Shown here in pieces: positions 38,154-48,721 of a DNA stretch of 64,000 bases. Each line of letters starts with the position of its first letter. The first letter of the stretch is position 1. Source of the stretch: Giardia intestinalis (taxonomy: Eukaryota); NCBI GenBank assembly GCA_000002435.2, contig CM018793.1, one strand, 5' to 3'. Position numbers and translations under genes: made by a program. The notes beneath the pieces were generated by a model that did no database searches, was not told the origin of the DNA, and worked only from the letters and a program-made list of their open reading frames with translations.

Positions 38154-40856
38154 ATGAATGACTACCACGATCAGGAGCTCGATGACCGCGCCCGCGGGGT
38201 GTTTGGCACGGACGAAACTAGCAAGGCGCGGAGCAGCAGGCGCCCCCTCTCACAGTTTGAGAAGTTGGGAAAGCTCAGTCCTCCTGTTCTTAAGGCGATC
38301 CACTCACTCGGATATTCTACCTTGACATCAATCCAGAAGGCCGCCATTCCTGTCATTATTGACGGAGGCGATGCGTGCGTGGTGAGCAAAACGGGCTCGG
38401 GGAAAACAGCTGCATACTCGATTCCTCTTGTCAATCTTCTCGGTTGCCACAGGGCTACTACGGGGATACGCGGATTAGTCATTGCTCCAACTCGTGAGCT
38501 GTGTGTGCAGATCGGAGGGGTTATAAGAAAGCTTTCTCGCTTCACTGACCCTGAACTCCGCGTTTGTCTGCTCGTTGGTGGCGAAGCACTGGAAAAACAA
38601 TTTACCGCTTTGACCGCAAATCCAGATATTATTGTGTGTACCCCAGGCCGTATCCTGCACATCCACGATCAAGTGTCCACTTTCAAATCGCAGCTCAAAT
38701 CCATAGAGTATGTGTGCTTTGACGAGTCCGATAGGATGTTCGAAATGAACTTTCAACAGCAGGTGAACGAGATCCTTGATCTGCTTCCTGCAGAGCGTAC
38801 TGGCGGACACATCACCGAAACTAGATCTGCCCGTGACTTCTTAGGCTACCAAATTATAATGGTCTCAGCAACCATGCCAAACAATCTAGCAGTTTTTTCT
38901 AAAGCACGCCTCCAAAATCCAACAATTATAGCAGCAGAGAACGACATGGTTCTTCCCAACGAACTGACAAATCAATTTATATATTGTCCGATAAACTACC
39001 GTGAGGCTGCTCTCTTATACATATGTCGAGAACTTGTGCCTAAAACCTGGCGATTGCTCGTCTTTGTCGCCACCAAGCACCACTGTGAGTATCTCACATC
39101 CATTCTACAGGCCAATAATCTTCGCGCAACCTGTATCTATGGGTCACTGGATCAGAAGCAGCGCACGCTTGCTCTATCCGAATTTGATAAGGGTCGCTAC
39201 AGCATACTTATTTCTACTGACGTTGCTGCTAGAGGAATTGATATTCCTAACTTGAACTGTGTGATTAATTATAACTTTCCATCCTCCGGGAAGAATTATG
39301 TGCATAGGGTTGGTAGGTCTGCGCGTGCAGGCTCATATGGGCTTTGTGTCTCAATCATCGAAGGAGACGAACTTCCTTACTGTCTGGATGTGATGCTCCA
39401 TATAGGCATTAAGTTTCATAGTATGCGCTCAAGTGATGACGCCGTAGCTACATTTCTGAATAATTGTAATACCCTTGGCGTGGATTGCTCAACATTTGCA
39501 TGCCTAGTCGGAAAGCACGCCACGCATTCTCCATTCCAGGGCCTAGTGGCTTCTATACCTGGTCACTTGTTGGACGTTATATATGCAGACGTTCTCCGGA
39601 CGCTCGGAGAGTATGGCCAGGATGTCCGTACGCAGCAAAAAACAGCAAACAACGCCATGAAACAGGTTAACTCCATGCGCAAAAGTGCAAGCCCATTGAG
39701 CACGGAGAGGGCAAAGGAGATCATCACTGGCAATATGATTTATGAGCATCCCCTCGTTCGTAAGCTAGACATTGAAACGGTGGGATCTGCGGGAAAAGAG
39801 AAACAAGAGGCTGCGTTGGAGCATCTCTCAAAGGTGTTATACTCGTTTAAACTGCCCACGCACCAACTTGAGCTTCGGGTCATGGAAAGCAACGGTGACG
39901 CTTCATCAGTTGCCATGCTCAACATGCGGCGGATTGTGGAGAAAAAGGCACGAGAAAGACAGCTTGTAGCAACCGAGCTACAGAAGCTCGGCAAAGATAA
40001 TGCGCTGGATAACTCTGGAGCATCAGATACTGGTTTCGTAGGGCTAAAGGAACCTTTAGTGAAATACTACATGACCAAGGACGACCTGGAGCGCTATACT
40101 ATCTTAGGGAAGGATGCTCTCGAGAAGCGGAAAATTAATGCTACACAGGCGGGCAGTTCTTCCCATGGAGACAATCTTTACATCTCAGACATACAGCCCC
40201 CGAAGCCTGAATCTAAAGGCTCATTCATAGATGCTCAGACAGCTGTCAAGGGTGTCCTGGTGGGAAGCAAAGACTCTATAGAGAACGTCATTGCTGACTT
40301 TATTCCAGATGATAGGGAGGGGCTAGCCTCTATTCTTAGAAGAAAGACGTTTGAGAGACGATGGAATCCGCTGCGCAAACGGTACGAAAACGTGGAAATC
40401 AAGGCAGAAGAGCCCAAGACAATTAGCAACGCCGGATCCGTTGGAAAGAAGAAGATAACCCAGAAGAGGTTCAATGAATCTACAGGCAAGTGGATAGAGG
40501 TGACTCCAGACACAAAGCAAACCCTTTACAAGAAATGGAAGCAGAAGACCAGCCTTTCTGTAATGCCTGGTGGACAGCAAGACACAGTCACAGACATGGA
40601 GGCGAGAGAGCTATTGACTGGTCAAGGTCTTGGACGTCGCCGCAGGATGGCGATAGAAAGAGCCATCAATAGTGGAAGACTGGTTCGTAAAGCTCCTGCC
40701 TCGAAGGTGGACACGTCCATAGAGCGGTCCATGCCAACTCGCGCGCAAGTTGTTAAAGAACGAGAAAGCAAGAAGCACCTGGAGAAAGTGCGAGCTATCT
40801 CACGAAGCAAGAAAAAGAGAAAAGGAGCGAATCCATCGTCCAGGAAGCGTCGTTAA
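38154..40856 (+). CDS. DEAD-box RNA helicase DDX54/Dbp10-like (ribosome biogenesis)
   Basis: Q-motif region FEKLGKLSPPVLKAIHSLGYSTLTSIQ, GSGKTAAY, PTRELCVQ, DESDRMFEMNF, SAT, HRVGRSARAG; long Lys-rich C-terminal extension. Confidence 0.85.
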   Translation: MNDYHDQELDDRARGVFGTDETSKARSSRRPLSQFEKLGKLSPPVLKAIHSLGYSTLTSIQKAAIPVIIDGGDACVVSKTGSGKTAAYSIPLVNLLGCHRATTGIRGLVIAPTRELCVQIGGVIRKLSRFTDPELRVCLLVGGEALEKQFTALTANPDIIVCTPGRILHIHDQVSTFKSQLKSIEYVCFDESDRMFEMNFQQQVNEILDLLPAERTGGHITETRSARDFLGYQIIMVSATMPNNLAVFSKARLQNPTIIAAENDMVLPNELTNQFIYCPINYREAALLYICRELVPKTWRLLVFVATKHHCEYLTSILQANNLRATCIYGSLDQKQRTLALSEFDKGRYSILISTDVAARGIDIPNLNCVINYNFPSSGKNYVHRVGRSARAGSYGLCVSIIEGDELPYCLDVMLHIGIKFHSMRSSDDAVATFLNNCNTLGVDCSTFACLVGKHATHSPFQGLVASIPGHLLDVIYADVLRTLGEYGQDVRTQQKTANNAMKQVNSMRKSASPLSTERAKEIITGNMIYEHPLVRKLDIETVGSAGKEKQEAALEHLSKVLYSFKLPTHQLELRVMESNGDASSVAMLNMRRIVEKKARERQLVATELQKLGKDNALDNSGASDTGFVGLKEPLVKYYMTKDDLERYTILGKDALEKRKINATQAGSSSHGDNLYISDIQPPKPESKGSFIDAQTAVKGVLVGSKDSIENVIADFIPDDREGLASILRRKTFERRWNPLRKRYENVEIKAEEPKTISNAGSVGKKKITQKRFNESTGKWIEVTPDTKQTLYKKWKQKTSLSVMPGGQQDTVTDMEARELLTGQGLGRRRRMAIERAINSGRLVRKAPASKVDTSIERSMPTRAQVVKERESKKHLEKVRAISRSKKKRKGANPSSRKRR

Positions 40857-40877
40857 TATTAGATGATACTGAAAGAG

Positions 40878-42797
40878 TCAAATAGATATGTAGCTTTCTG
40901 TCAAAACCATGCACACAGGGCACTTGGTCAGCTTTGTGCTACACTCCGGACATAAAATAAAGTGTCTGCATGGAAGAGATATCATGCTAGCTGGTCTATC
41001 GTAACAAACAACGCAGGTGTTCTCACCAGCAAAAAATCCCAAAACGTCAAGGCATAGGTCAATATCCTGGTCAATAGGGCTAATGGAGTCGAAAATGGCA
41101 TTGTAGATGCTTTCCTTCAATTCAAGCACATCCTCAGCCCAGTCCAAATATGAAGGTGTGCTGATCATCATTTCAAAGGCTCTCTCGATCTCAAGGAGCG
41201 CTGCCCGGACCCGAGAACAGTGGGCGATATTGGTCATGCATGGGTCAACAATCTGCTCTACAAGCATCTTCCCCAATGCTACGTGACCAGCTTCAAATGC
41301 TATTTCACATGGTCGTTTCAGATCATTATCACAGAGGTGCGATTCTGCATCTATGAGCACCGAAGGAATTTCATCTGCATTTCGTAAAAGAACGGAGAGA
41401 GCATATTCTCCATTCATCGTTTGAATTCCCGCCTCATAGGGCGCTAGGGCCTTTACTATGTGAAGGTTCTTGACTTTGCATGCGTATATCATGGCAGTGA
41501 ATCCGTATGCGTCTTGAGACCCCAGCTGGGCGAGGTCCCGTCTGGCTCCGGCAGAATATTTTAAGTGTCGCTTTCCACGAGTATAGAAGCTACTTTTGGT
41601 AGATGCTGTTATAGGTAGATACAATTCGTTAGACTCTAATTTGATTTCTACCCTAGTAGTGAATAGAAACTTAATATCTCTTCGCAATAGAACAAGAAAC
41701 CGACATATATAGACATAAATGGGTAGCAAATACACATGCAGTAGGGAAGCGATAGTAAGGTAGACCACAGGGAAATATCGCACCACCTCTTCCTTGAGAT
41801 CTTGAAACCGACACGATAGAACTAGTGCCAGCCTCATACAGAACTCCAAAGCAGAGCTTACTGCCATTGAGCAGACGGAACTATGATTAAAACAGAGCAC
41901 AAGATGATCAAGGCACGTGCGGCAGATATTGCCTTTCCTCGAGTGAGACTGCTTCAGCGGCTTCACTGAATCAGAGTGCGAAGATGAGGGAAGAGACGAC
42001 CTTTCTTTGGCTATAAGGAACGAAACCGCATCAATGGAGTGTGTCATAGCTGCGTTCATAAGGCCTGTTTGACGCCTTTTATTCACAATTGCTCGCTCGT
42101 AAGGATAGAGTTGAGACAGCATCCACACAGAATTTGACCTGCACGCATAGATGAAGGCCGTGTTCCCCTTGTTATCTTGTAGCCCTGCTTCCAGCTTAAG
42201 CAGAAGAGGGATAACAGCCGAGCAGCCGTACATTACCGCGTAGATCAGTGCTGATCGACCCTGAAGATCCACTTGTTTGGCCTCGTGGCGCAGCAGTGCT
42301 CTCACGCACGATACAGAATTGGCCAGGGTGGCATGCATAAGCGCTGTTAAACCATGTGTGTCGCGCAAGCCACTCTCAAGAGGAGCAAGTATGTGCACAG
42401 CCCTATAACACCCCATTCCAGCTGCAAACATGAGCGCGGTCTTGCCGCTTCTGTCTTGGCAGCGTTTCTCAAAGCGTCTCAACAGTAAAATGGTCCGGAT
42501 GCTTCGTTGTATAGTGGCTTCCATAAGGGCAGTTCGTCCATTTGGAAGACGGAGACGTGCTTCATACGTTCTGAGCACCCTTACACCGAGGAAAAACGAA
42601 CTTCTCACGGCCAGGTGCAGAGCCGTTAACCCCGCCTCGTTTCTGGTACCCCAATATCTAGGACACAATCTGATAACATTCAGTATATCTCGCTGCTGTA
42701 TCGCGTTAAGTAAATCAGTATCTCGGTCTAACATTGCTACTACAGAATTATAGTACAAAGGTGTGGTATCAGACGTTGTAAGATTTTGATAGGCCAT
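40878..42797 (-). CDS. ankyrin-repeat protein with C-terminal C3HC4 RING finger (E3-ligase-like)
   Basis: N-terminal about 300 aa of ankyrin units (LTALHLAVRSS..., KTALMFAAGMGCYRAVHILAP...); C-terminus CVVCYDRPASMISLPCRHFILCPECSTKLTKCPVCMV; ORF-track start 42824 is TTG, first ATG 42795-42797. Confidence 0.75.
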   Translation of the reverse strand: MAYQNLTTSDTTPLYYNSVVAMLDRDTDLLNAIQQRDILNVIRLCPRYWGTRNEAGLTALHLAVRSSFFLGVRVLRTYEARLRLPNGRTALMEATIQRSIRTILLLRRFEKRCQDRSGKTALMFAAGMGCYRAVHILAPLESGLRDTHGLTALMHATLANSVSCVRALLRHEAKQVDLQGRSALIYAVMYGCSAVIPLLLKLEAGLQDNKGNTAFIYACRSNSVWMLSQLYPYERAIVNKRRQTGLMNAAMTHSIDAVSFLIAKERSSLPSSSHSDSVKPLKQSHSRKGNICRTCLDHLVLCFNHSSVCSMAVSSALEFCMRLALVLSCRFQDLKEEVVRYFPVVYLTIASLLHVYLLPIYVYICRFLVLLRRDIKFLFTTRVEIKLESNELYLPITASTKSSFYTRGKRHLKYSAGARRDLAQLGSQDAYGFTAMIYACKVKNLHIVKALAPYEAGIQTMNGEYALSVLLRNADEIPSVLIDAESHLCDNDLKRPCEIAFEAGHVALGKMLVEQIVDPCMTNIAHCSRVRAALLEIERAFEMMISTPSYLDWAEDVLELKESIYNAIFDSISPIDQDIDLCLDVLGFFAGENTCVVCYDRPASMISLPCRHFILCPECSTKLTKCPVCMVLTESYISI

Positions 42798-42894
42798 GAT
42801 TTCTGTAGATTCGGAAGCCCCCAAAGCTCTGTACAGTTATCCGTAAACTGCTTAGCCGCTTGGCAAGTTCGATCAGACAAGGGATTAAAAATAA

Positions 42895-45800
42895 ATGGTT
42901 GCCAATTCCCTTGATAGGGGTTTTGTCCTTCGGCGCGCGAGGCCCAGAAGACAATTTGTTGGCGTTTTTTGCAAGAACATCGACCTTCTCCAGCGGTCAT
43001 GGTACGGATTGGTGATAGTGGTGGGCATTGTTGCCATCCTCATGGGTGTTATCATTAAGGTACACTACTTCTACCTGGCTCAGGACAAGACAGCTGTGGA
43101 CCCTAATGCTCAGATAGTAACTGAAAACCATGATCTTATACCATCGGCCTCGGCTCACAAAGATGCAAACTATAACTTCCTGTTTTTGAAGAGAGAAGGG
43201 GTGGACCTGGGATCTCTTTCTTATGACTCGACGGTGGAGAACACAGGGTATCTGGGGTTTATGGGGATGAAGTATCCTGTTGGCTATGAGTATAAGGCTG
43301 GTCTGAGGACAGTTTCTGACTCTGTATGGGTTGACGGGCTCTACCGGATTATCACGTATCCCTACTTCACGGATATGAAGAGGTACCTCAGTAACTATGA
43401 CTACGATCGCACAGACCTGTATCCTGGCGGCGCCGCAGATATTGACGTCTCTGCAACCCAAGCAGCAGACCAGGTGTTTGTTGAAGCGATTCACTCCTCA
43501 CCGCTGCCTATAACCGTACAACCTGGCAGCGTGGTTAGCACAGATTATGATGACAAGCGGATTGATCATTTGCCAGAGACGATTCGGCGCCTCTTCACTC
43601 ATGCGACGCGGACTGCCGAAGCTTACCGAGCAAATAACATGGTGAATGAGCAGGTTAAAAAGGGTTTTCTCATGCACGATATACCTCTACTTGCTGTGGA
43701 TATTAGCAAGCAGCCAGACCGTCCAATGCAGGTCACAGGAACAAACGCTGCGGATACCGTGGTCACTATAAGTTCAGGCTATAGTGTGTATGGATACTAT
43801 AAAAAGCAGACGTTTTTTGTCAGTCAAAATGACTATCTGCGGCTTCTGAATCTGCAGTACAACATGTTCAGCATCAATATTCGTGCCCTCATCAATCAGA
43901 TATACTCTATCCCCACCCCCTCCTTACCCGCAGAAAACATATATGCACCTCTTTACGCTCCCGTTATAGATGGGAACTATAAGCAGTTCTGGCGCAACGT
44001 AAATGCAAATGACATAGGGCCTGATATGTACACCCCAATGTACATGTGCTTCATTCTTCCGTTTTGCTTCTTCATTCTCACGCCCCTTTTCTCGTACCGG
44101 CTGTCGCAAGAGAAGGGCGAGGGGATAAACCATCTGCACTACATGATGGGACTTCGGTACATATACCGGTGGCTTGGCGACTTTGTTTATCAGTTAGTGA
44201 TCACGTCTATAGTTGCTCTCATCTGCGTCTTCTCGTCATTGTTCGGGGGCCTAAATGGTCTAAAGCTCAATACTCCCGTAGCGTGGGTCCCAACCATTCT
44301 CCTCACTATTCTCATGATTCCCGTTTTTTCTGCCTTTGTGGCTGCCTTCTTTGAGACGGGAAGAAACTCTTCCCTAGTCTGTGTGACACTTGCAATTGTC
44401 GTGTCTGTTATTGGCTTACTTTATGGGATAAAGTACTCTGATTTGACGATAATTGACCGCAGTATTAACAAGTGGTATGCGCTCATCCCCGTCTTTGGTC
44501 CTGTAAGTATACTGACGCAGCTCCAAGCCCTCGCCATGCTTCAGACGGATACCCTCTACCTCGCCGCGCATCATCTTCGGTTCAGCAGGAGGGGGGACCT
44601 ATCACCGGATTTTGTTGGTGAATCGGTGCTCTGGTCGCTGATATTCACCGTCATATCCACTCTGGTGATGCTGGTTGTAGGTATGTATATTGATCTTGTG
44701 ATGCCAAAACGCAAGGGGATACCTAACCACTGGCTATTTTTCCTATTTCCAATCGTGTATAAAGCCGATAAGATCCGTAGGAAGTATACAAAGCACTTGA
44801 CTACGCGCGTCATTCTGAAATCAGTTATCTGGGCCATCTTTCATCCAGACCTAATGTGCCGAAAGGTGTCTAACGAGCCAGGTCTTCTTCAGTCATCGTC
44901 TATGTCTTGGAAAGGGGCCCAGTCTCCTTGTGAGCTGTCCAAGTTAACCAAGCAGAATTACATGGACCAGAATTGCACGGACGCTTCCACTCTAGACTTA
45001 CCCCACGATTGCTCCGCAGATGGAGACGAAAGGTACTTCGACATTGACACTGGTAAGCATATTGGTGGCTTAAAGAGACCCGTCGACTCGGACGTCATTC
45101 AGGAGCACATAGCCGCTTGTGAGGGCTTTTCTCAATACAACAAAGAACGTGTTCCTTTGATCCGCGCGATAGACCTGACGAAGACGTACCCCGCGACGCG
45201 GCTCTCGCCCGAGAAGCACGCGGTCCGGGGCGTCTCCTTCACGGTCGCAGAGGGCGAGTGCCTCGGGCTCCTGGGCCCGAACGGCGCCGCCAAGACGACG
45301 ACGATCAACATCCTCACGATGCTCCACCGCGCGACGACCGGCGAGGCGTACATAAATGGTCTAGATCTCACAGATCCCGATATGAAGGCATCCATCCAGA
45401 ACATCACGGGTATATGCCCACAGTTTGATATTCAGTACCCTACCCTCACGTGTAGACAGCATCTTAACTACTTTTGTCGTCTAAAAAGGATACACAGGTC
45501 TCAGGAGAAACAGCATGTAAGCGATCTTCTCAAAGCCGTTGGATTGGCCGAGAAGGCGAATACGCCGTCTAAGTCTTTATCTGGTGGCATGCGCCGTCGG
45601 CTATCTGTTGCGATAGCACTTACGGGGTCGCCGTCTGTCCTTTATTTGGACGAACCAAGCACAGGGTTGGACCCAGAATCTAAGCGGCAGCTCTGGAACG
45701 TCATTCTTCGTGTTCGCTCAAACCGTGCCATTCTGCTCACCACACATGCCATGGATGAGGCGGAGGCGCTCTGCAACCGCATTTCTATAATGGTTGCTGG

Positions 45801-46236
45801 GCAGCTCAAGTGCATCGGCACATGTTCTTATCTTCAGCAGAAGTTTGGAAATGGCTATGAGCTCGTGTTTACCGTTAAGAACGATTTCGATTTTTCAAAG
45901 AACTCTAAGATAGATCAGACAGAACATCTCCTTCATGGCCTGGACTCTGAAGGAAACTCTCTGCCAGAGACAATGGCTATCGGAGAGTTGACCCTTAACA
46001 CATCGCGGGAAGTCTGTGGCCATTTACTGGTCAACAGCTACATCTCTAGTAGCTTGCAGCTTATTCGCGTTTTCAGCGGCAGACTTACTTATAAGCTTCC
46101 CGATAGCATCCCTATTTCTCAGATTTTCATGGCCATCGATCAGCTTATTCAGATGAAACCCGGCGTCATCACAGACTGGTGCTTGTCGCGCACGAGTTTG
46201 GACGACGTCTTCTTCAAAGTAGTTCTCACACTTTAA
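42895..46236 (+). CDS. ABC transporter, ABCA-like half transporter, paralog of 24066-27323
   Basis: Same architecture; Walker A GPNGAAKTT, LSGGMRRRLSVAIAL, VLYLDEPSTGLD; about 60-65% aa identity to the paralog in the NBD outside the identical tract. Confidence 0.85.
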   Translation: MVANSLDRGFVLRRARPRRQFVGVFCKNIDLLQRSWYGLVIVVGIVAILMGVIIKVHYFYLAQDKTAVDPNAQIVTENHDLIPSASAHKDANYNFLFLKREGVDLGSLSYDSTVENTGYLGFMGMKYPVGYEYKAGLRTVSDSVWVDGLYRIITYPYFTDMKRYLSNYDYDRTDLYPGGAADIDVSATQAADQVFVEAIHSSPLPITVQPGSVVSTDYDDKRIDHLPETIRRLFTHATRTAEAYRANNMVNEQVKKGFLMHDIPLLAVDISKQPDRPMQVTGTNAADTVVTISSGYSVYGYYKKQTFFVSQNDYLRLLNLQYNMFSINIRALINQIYSIPTPSLPAENIYAPLYAPVIDGNYKQFWRNVNANDIGPDMYTPMYMCFILPFCFFILTPLFSYRLSQEKGEGINHLHYMMGLRYIYRWLGDFVYQLVITSIVALICVFSSLFGGLNGLKLNTPVAWVPTILLTILMIPVFSAFVAAFFETGRNSSLVCVTLAIVVSVIGLLYGIKYSDLTIIDRSINKWYALIPVFGPVSILTQLQALAMLQTDTLYLAAHHLRFSRRGDLSPDFVGESVLWSLIFTVISTLVMLVVGMYIDLVMPKRKGIPNHWLFFLFPIVYKADKIRRKYTKHLTTRVILKSVIWAIFHPDLMCRKVSNEPGLLQSSSMSWKGAQSPCELSKLTKQNYMDQNCTDASTLDLPHDCSADGDERYFDIDTGKHIGGLKRPVDSDVIQEHIAACEGFSQYNKERVPLIRAIDLTKTYPATRLSPEKHAVRGVSFTVAEGECLGLLGPNGAAKTTTINILTMLHRATTGEAYINGLDLTDPDMKASIQNITGICPQFDIQYPTLTCRQHLNYFCRLKRIHRSQEKQHVSDLLKAVGLAEKANTPSKSLSGGMRRRLSVAIALTGSPSVLYLDEPSTGLDPESKRQLWNVILRVRSNRAILLTTHAMDEAEALCNRISIMVAGQLKCIGTCSYLQQKFGNGYELVFTVKNDFDFSKNSKIDQTEHLLHGLDSEGNSLPETMAIGELTLNTSREVCGHLLVNSYISSSLQLIRVFSGRLTYKLPDSIPISQIFMAIDQLIQMKPGVITDWCLSRTSLDDVFFKVVLTL
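45156..45350. repeat. 195-bp perfect inverted repeat, copy 2 (Walker-A region of ABCA gene at 42895-46236); partner at 24883-25077
   Basis: See copy 1. Confidence 0.9.
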
Positions 46237-46321
46237 CCTTGGTGCGTTATGCCGCCTGATGTACCCTGCGGCCATGCACATGTATGTAAACTTCCGTATA
46301 CCGTACGGAGCAGCACGTTAT

Positions 46322-48682
46322 TTACACTCGTGTTGTCTTGCTGGATACTCCATATTCGTAGATGAGGTCTCTGGTCCTACTATTGGAGTACCAGGACTCA
46401 TTGGCCCAATCCTGTGCAGACTTTCCAGTCTCCTGGGTGAGATGCGCTTCGTATGGTAGGAGGATCTTAGTGCAGCCGTAAGACCCGGTTCGCGCTGCAG
46501 CCATGAGAGCTGTAAAGCCAGCTCCTTGCTGGCTCAGATCGGTAGTGCTCAGTGTTGCTTCCCTGTCAACGAGAAGTTTAACACATTCTTCGTTGCTGTT
46601 GGAGGCGGCACATATCAGGGCAGTCAGGCCTGATGGCGTTTGCATCCCTGCCTCATATGGCTTCAAAATCATAGTGCACTCGACGTGATTATTCTGGGCA
46701 GCAAGCATGAGGGCCGTGTAGCCCATCTTACTGTGCAGCCGAGATTCGTACTGCGCCAAGGTTCTCACGCAGTCTGCGTAGCCGCGCTGGGCTGCATACA
46801 TGAGTGCAGTGTAGTCGTTGTCGGCAAATGCGCGAATCTTAGCCTCTCGAGTAACAAGGAGGTTAACTGCCTCGAGATTGTTTCGCTCGGCCGCAAACAT
46901 AAGGGCTGTCTTGCCGACCTTATTGACCCTCTTTGCCAGGTGCAGATTTTCACGGAGCAAGACGCTGTCGTTTGCTTGTGCTGCAAGCATTAGAACGGTA
47001 GTACCATCTTGATCGAGAACGTCTCCCTCGTTCTGCTGACTTTCTGTGAAAGTGTTGGGGGCATAAGGACCCCCAGAAATGGTGCTATAGGGCTGCTCTT
47101 GCGTGGTCTGGGACTGAGCCGCGTGCACGTAAGTATTAGGTGTTAGAGCAAGGTCATCAATGCCTGACGTCCTAGTATAGGAGTTTAGCGGGCGGACGGG
47201 AGCAGACGGTGAGCTAGAATAATCTGTTGCGACATCAGGTGTGTATTCTGTCCCCTGGCAAGAACTCTTTTGATAGTCGTGGGCCACTAAGGATTGAGAG
47301 ACAGTGATTGGTGCTCCATAGTTGGAGTGTGTGGAAGGCGTTATTGGTCCGTTAAAGAAGGCCCCATCCAATGGCTGGTTGGCAGTCTGTTTGTGTGAGC
47401 TGTGTCCGTAGTTGCTAGCGGAAAGAGACCGCTGGATCGTGGAGTCGATAGTGGCCTGGAGGATATTGAGCTGACTCTCCAGCGCCTTCTGGTGCTGGTT
47501 GCTACGTTCAATGGAGCTGCGCAACTCTCGCAGCTCTGCTACGGTATCGGCAGCAGACTCTCCTGCCCCCGAATAGAGAGATCGTGAACTTAGCAGCCTG
47601 TGTGGCGGAGAGGTGTGCGCAGATGAAGAGTAACTATGCAATGGATCTAGAGGTGGAACAGAGCTGATCAGTGACTTATTGTTCCCATAATTAACTAAGT
47701 GTGGGGACAAGTCCTTTAGGTCAATGCAGTTACGAGATTGTGAAGTATATTCCAGTGTGCCCAACGGACTTCGTCTAGGAAGGATCCCATGGAGATCAAG
47801 AGACTCGGTTGGGGTCGGCTTACTCCCAGTCTTATTGTAAGAGGCCATTTCAGTTGCAGCCTGTCGAGGACCCAACGTGTCATAATGGATATTGGGTTGC
47901 GGGTCAAAGGCTTTCTGTCCAGGAGACGCTGTGGCAGTGCTCTGAGACTGGGAATATTCGGTATACCGGCTGTGCATCGTCTGTAGTGGCAAAAGGTTAG
48001 AGTCATATCTATCGGAGACTGCAGTACTGGGAGAAGCACGCATTCCAGTGTCTTCAGGCCCAATCGTCATAGACCTATCCCTATTATCTCTACTTGGTAT
48101 ATCATTTCTAGCTGCATAGGTATGCTCTTTATAATTAGTAAGAAAGGTAAGGATCTTATCCTTCTTGCTCGTCTCTGCCATTGCGATGCAACGGTCTATG
48201 TTTTCTAAGGTAGGCTTCTGTGTTTCACAAAGTATTCTCACGCAATCGTAGTGTCCGCGCGTCACAGCATAGTCTAGTGCAGTCCAGCCCTGTGCATCAA
48301 TCTCCTGGAAAAAGTGGTCAGTGAGAGCGCGCACACACGATACGCTCCCTGTAGCCGCAGCCTGCATGAGAGCTGTGCGCTTATCGGGAAGTGTCACCAT
48401 TTTCTCATACGGCGCCAAAATGGAACAGGCTTCGGGATACTCATGCATGGCAGCAATGATAAGTGCCGTGCGCCCATCCCTGTTAACACTTCTGTTCTCA
48501 TGAGGAGCGAGAATACGGATCATCTCGATGTCATTGCCCCGAACTGCCTTAATCAGACCTGTGTCGCCATCAAGGTCTCGGGAGCCCTTGAAGTCATTCA
48601 CAGAAGCCTTTACACGGAGATAATTGCGGTCCATAATCGCCCTAAACCATTCCGCTTCTGTCATTGCCTGTATCTCACGCAT
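46322..48682 (-). CDS. ankyrin-repeat protein (Protein 21.1-like) with central S/T/P/Y-rich low-complexity region
   Basis: Ankyrin units at both ends (GDTGLIKAVRGNDIEMIRILAP..., GTTVLMLAAQANDSVLL...); ATG at 48680-48682. Confidence 0.8.
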   Translation of the reverse strand: MREIQAMTEAEWFRAIMDRNYLRVKASVNDFKGSRDLDGDTGLIKAVRGNDIEMIRILAPHENRSVNRDGRTALIIAAMHEYPEACSILAPYEKMVTLPDKRTALMQAAATGSVSCVRALTDHFFQEIDAQGWTALDYAVTRGHYDCVRILCETQKPTLENIDRCIAMAETSKKDKILTFLTNYKEHTYAARNDIPSRDNRDRSMTIGPEDTGMRASPSTAVSDRYDSNLLPLQTMHSRYTEYSQSQSTATASPGQKAFDPQPNIHYDTLGPRQAATEMASYNKTGSKPTPTESLDLHGILPRRSPLGTLEYTSQSRNCIDLKDLSPHLVNYGNNKSLISSVPPLDPLHSYSSSAHTSPPHRLLSSRSLYSGAGESAADTVAELRELRSSIERSNQHQKALESQLNILQATIDSTIQRSLSASNYGHSSHKQTANQPLDGAFFNGPITPSTHSNYGAPITVSQSLVAHDYQKSSCQGTEYTPDVATDYSSSPSAPVRPLNSYTRTSGIDDLALTPNTYVHAAQSQTTQEQPYSTISGGPYAPNTFTESQQNEGDVLDQDGTTVLMLAAQANDSVLLRENLHLAKRVNKVGKTALMFAAERNNLEAVNLLVTREAKIRAFADNDYTALMYAAQRGYADCVRTLAQYESRLHSKMGYTALMLAAQNNHVECTMILKPYEAGMQTPSGLTALICAASNSNEECVKLLVDREATLSTTDLSQQGAGFTALMAAARTGSYGCTKILLPYEAHLTQETGKSAQDWANESWYSNSRTRDLIYEYGVSSKTTRV

Positions 48683-48721
48683 GGTGGCTCAAAGGTAGTT
48701 TTTTCTGTGCGATTTAAAAGC

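Noticed and set aside
48314-48721. N-terminal 136-aa extension of the Tsr3 ORF in the track
   Set aside because: The extension is antisense to the ankyrin gene at 46322-48682. Tsr3 homology starts only after the ATG at 48722.
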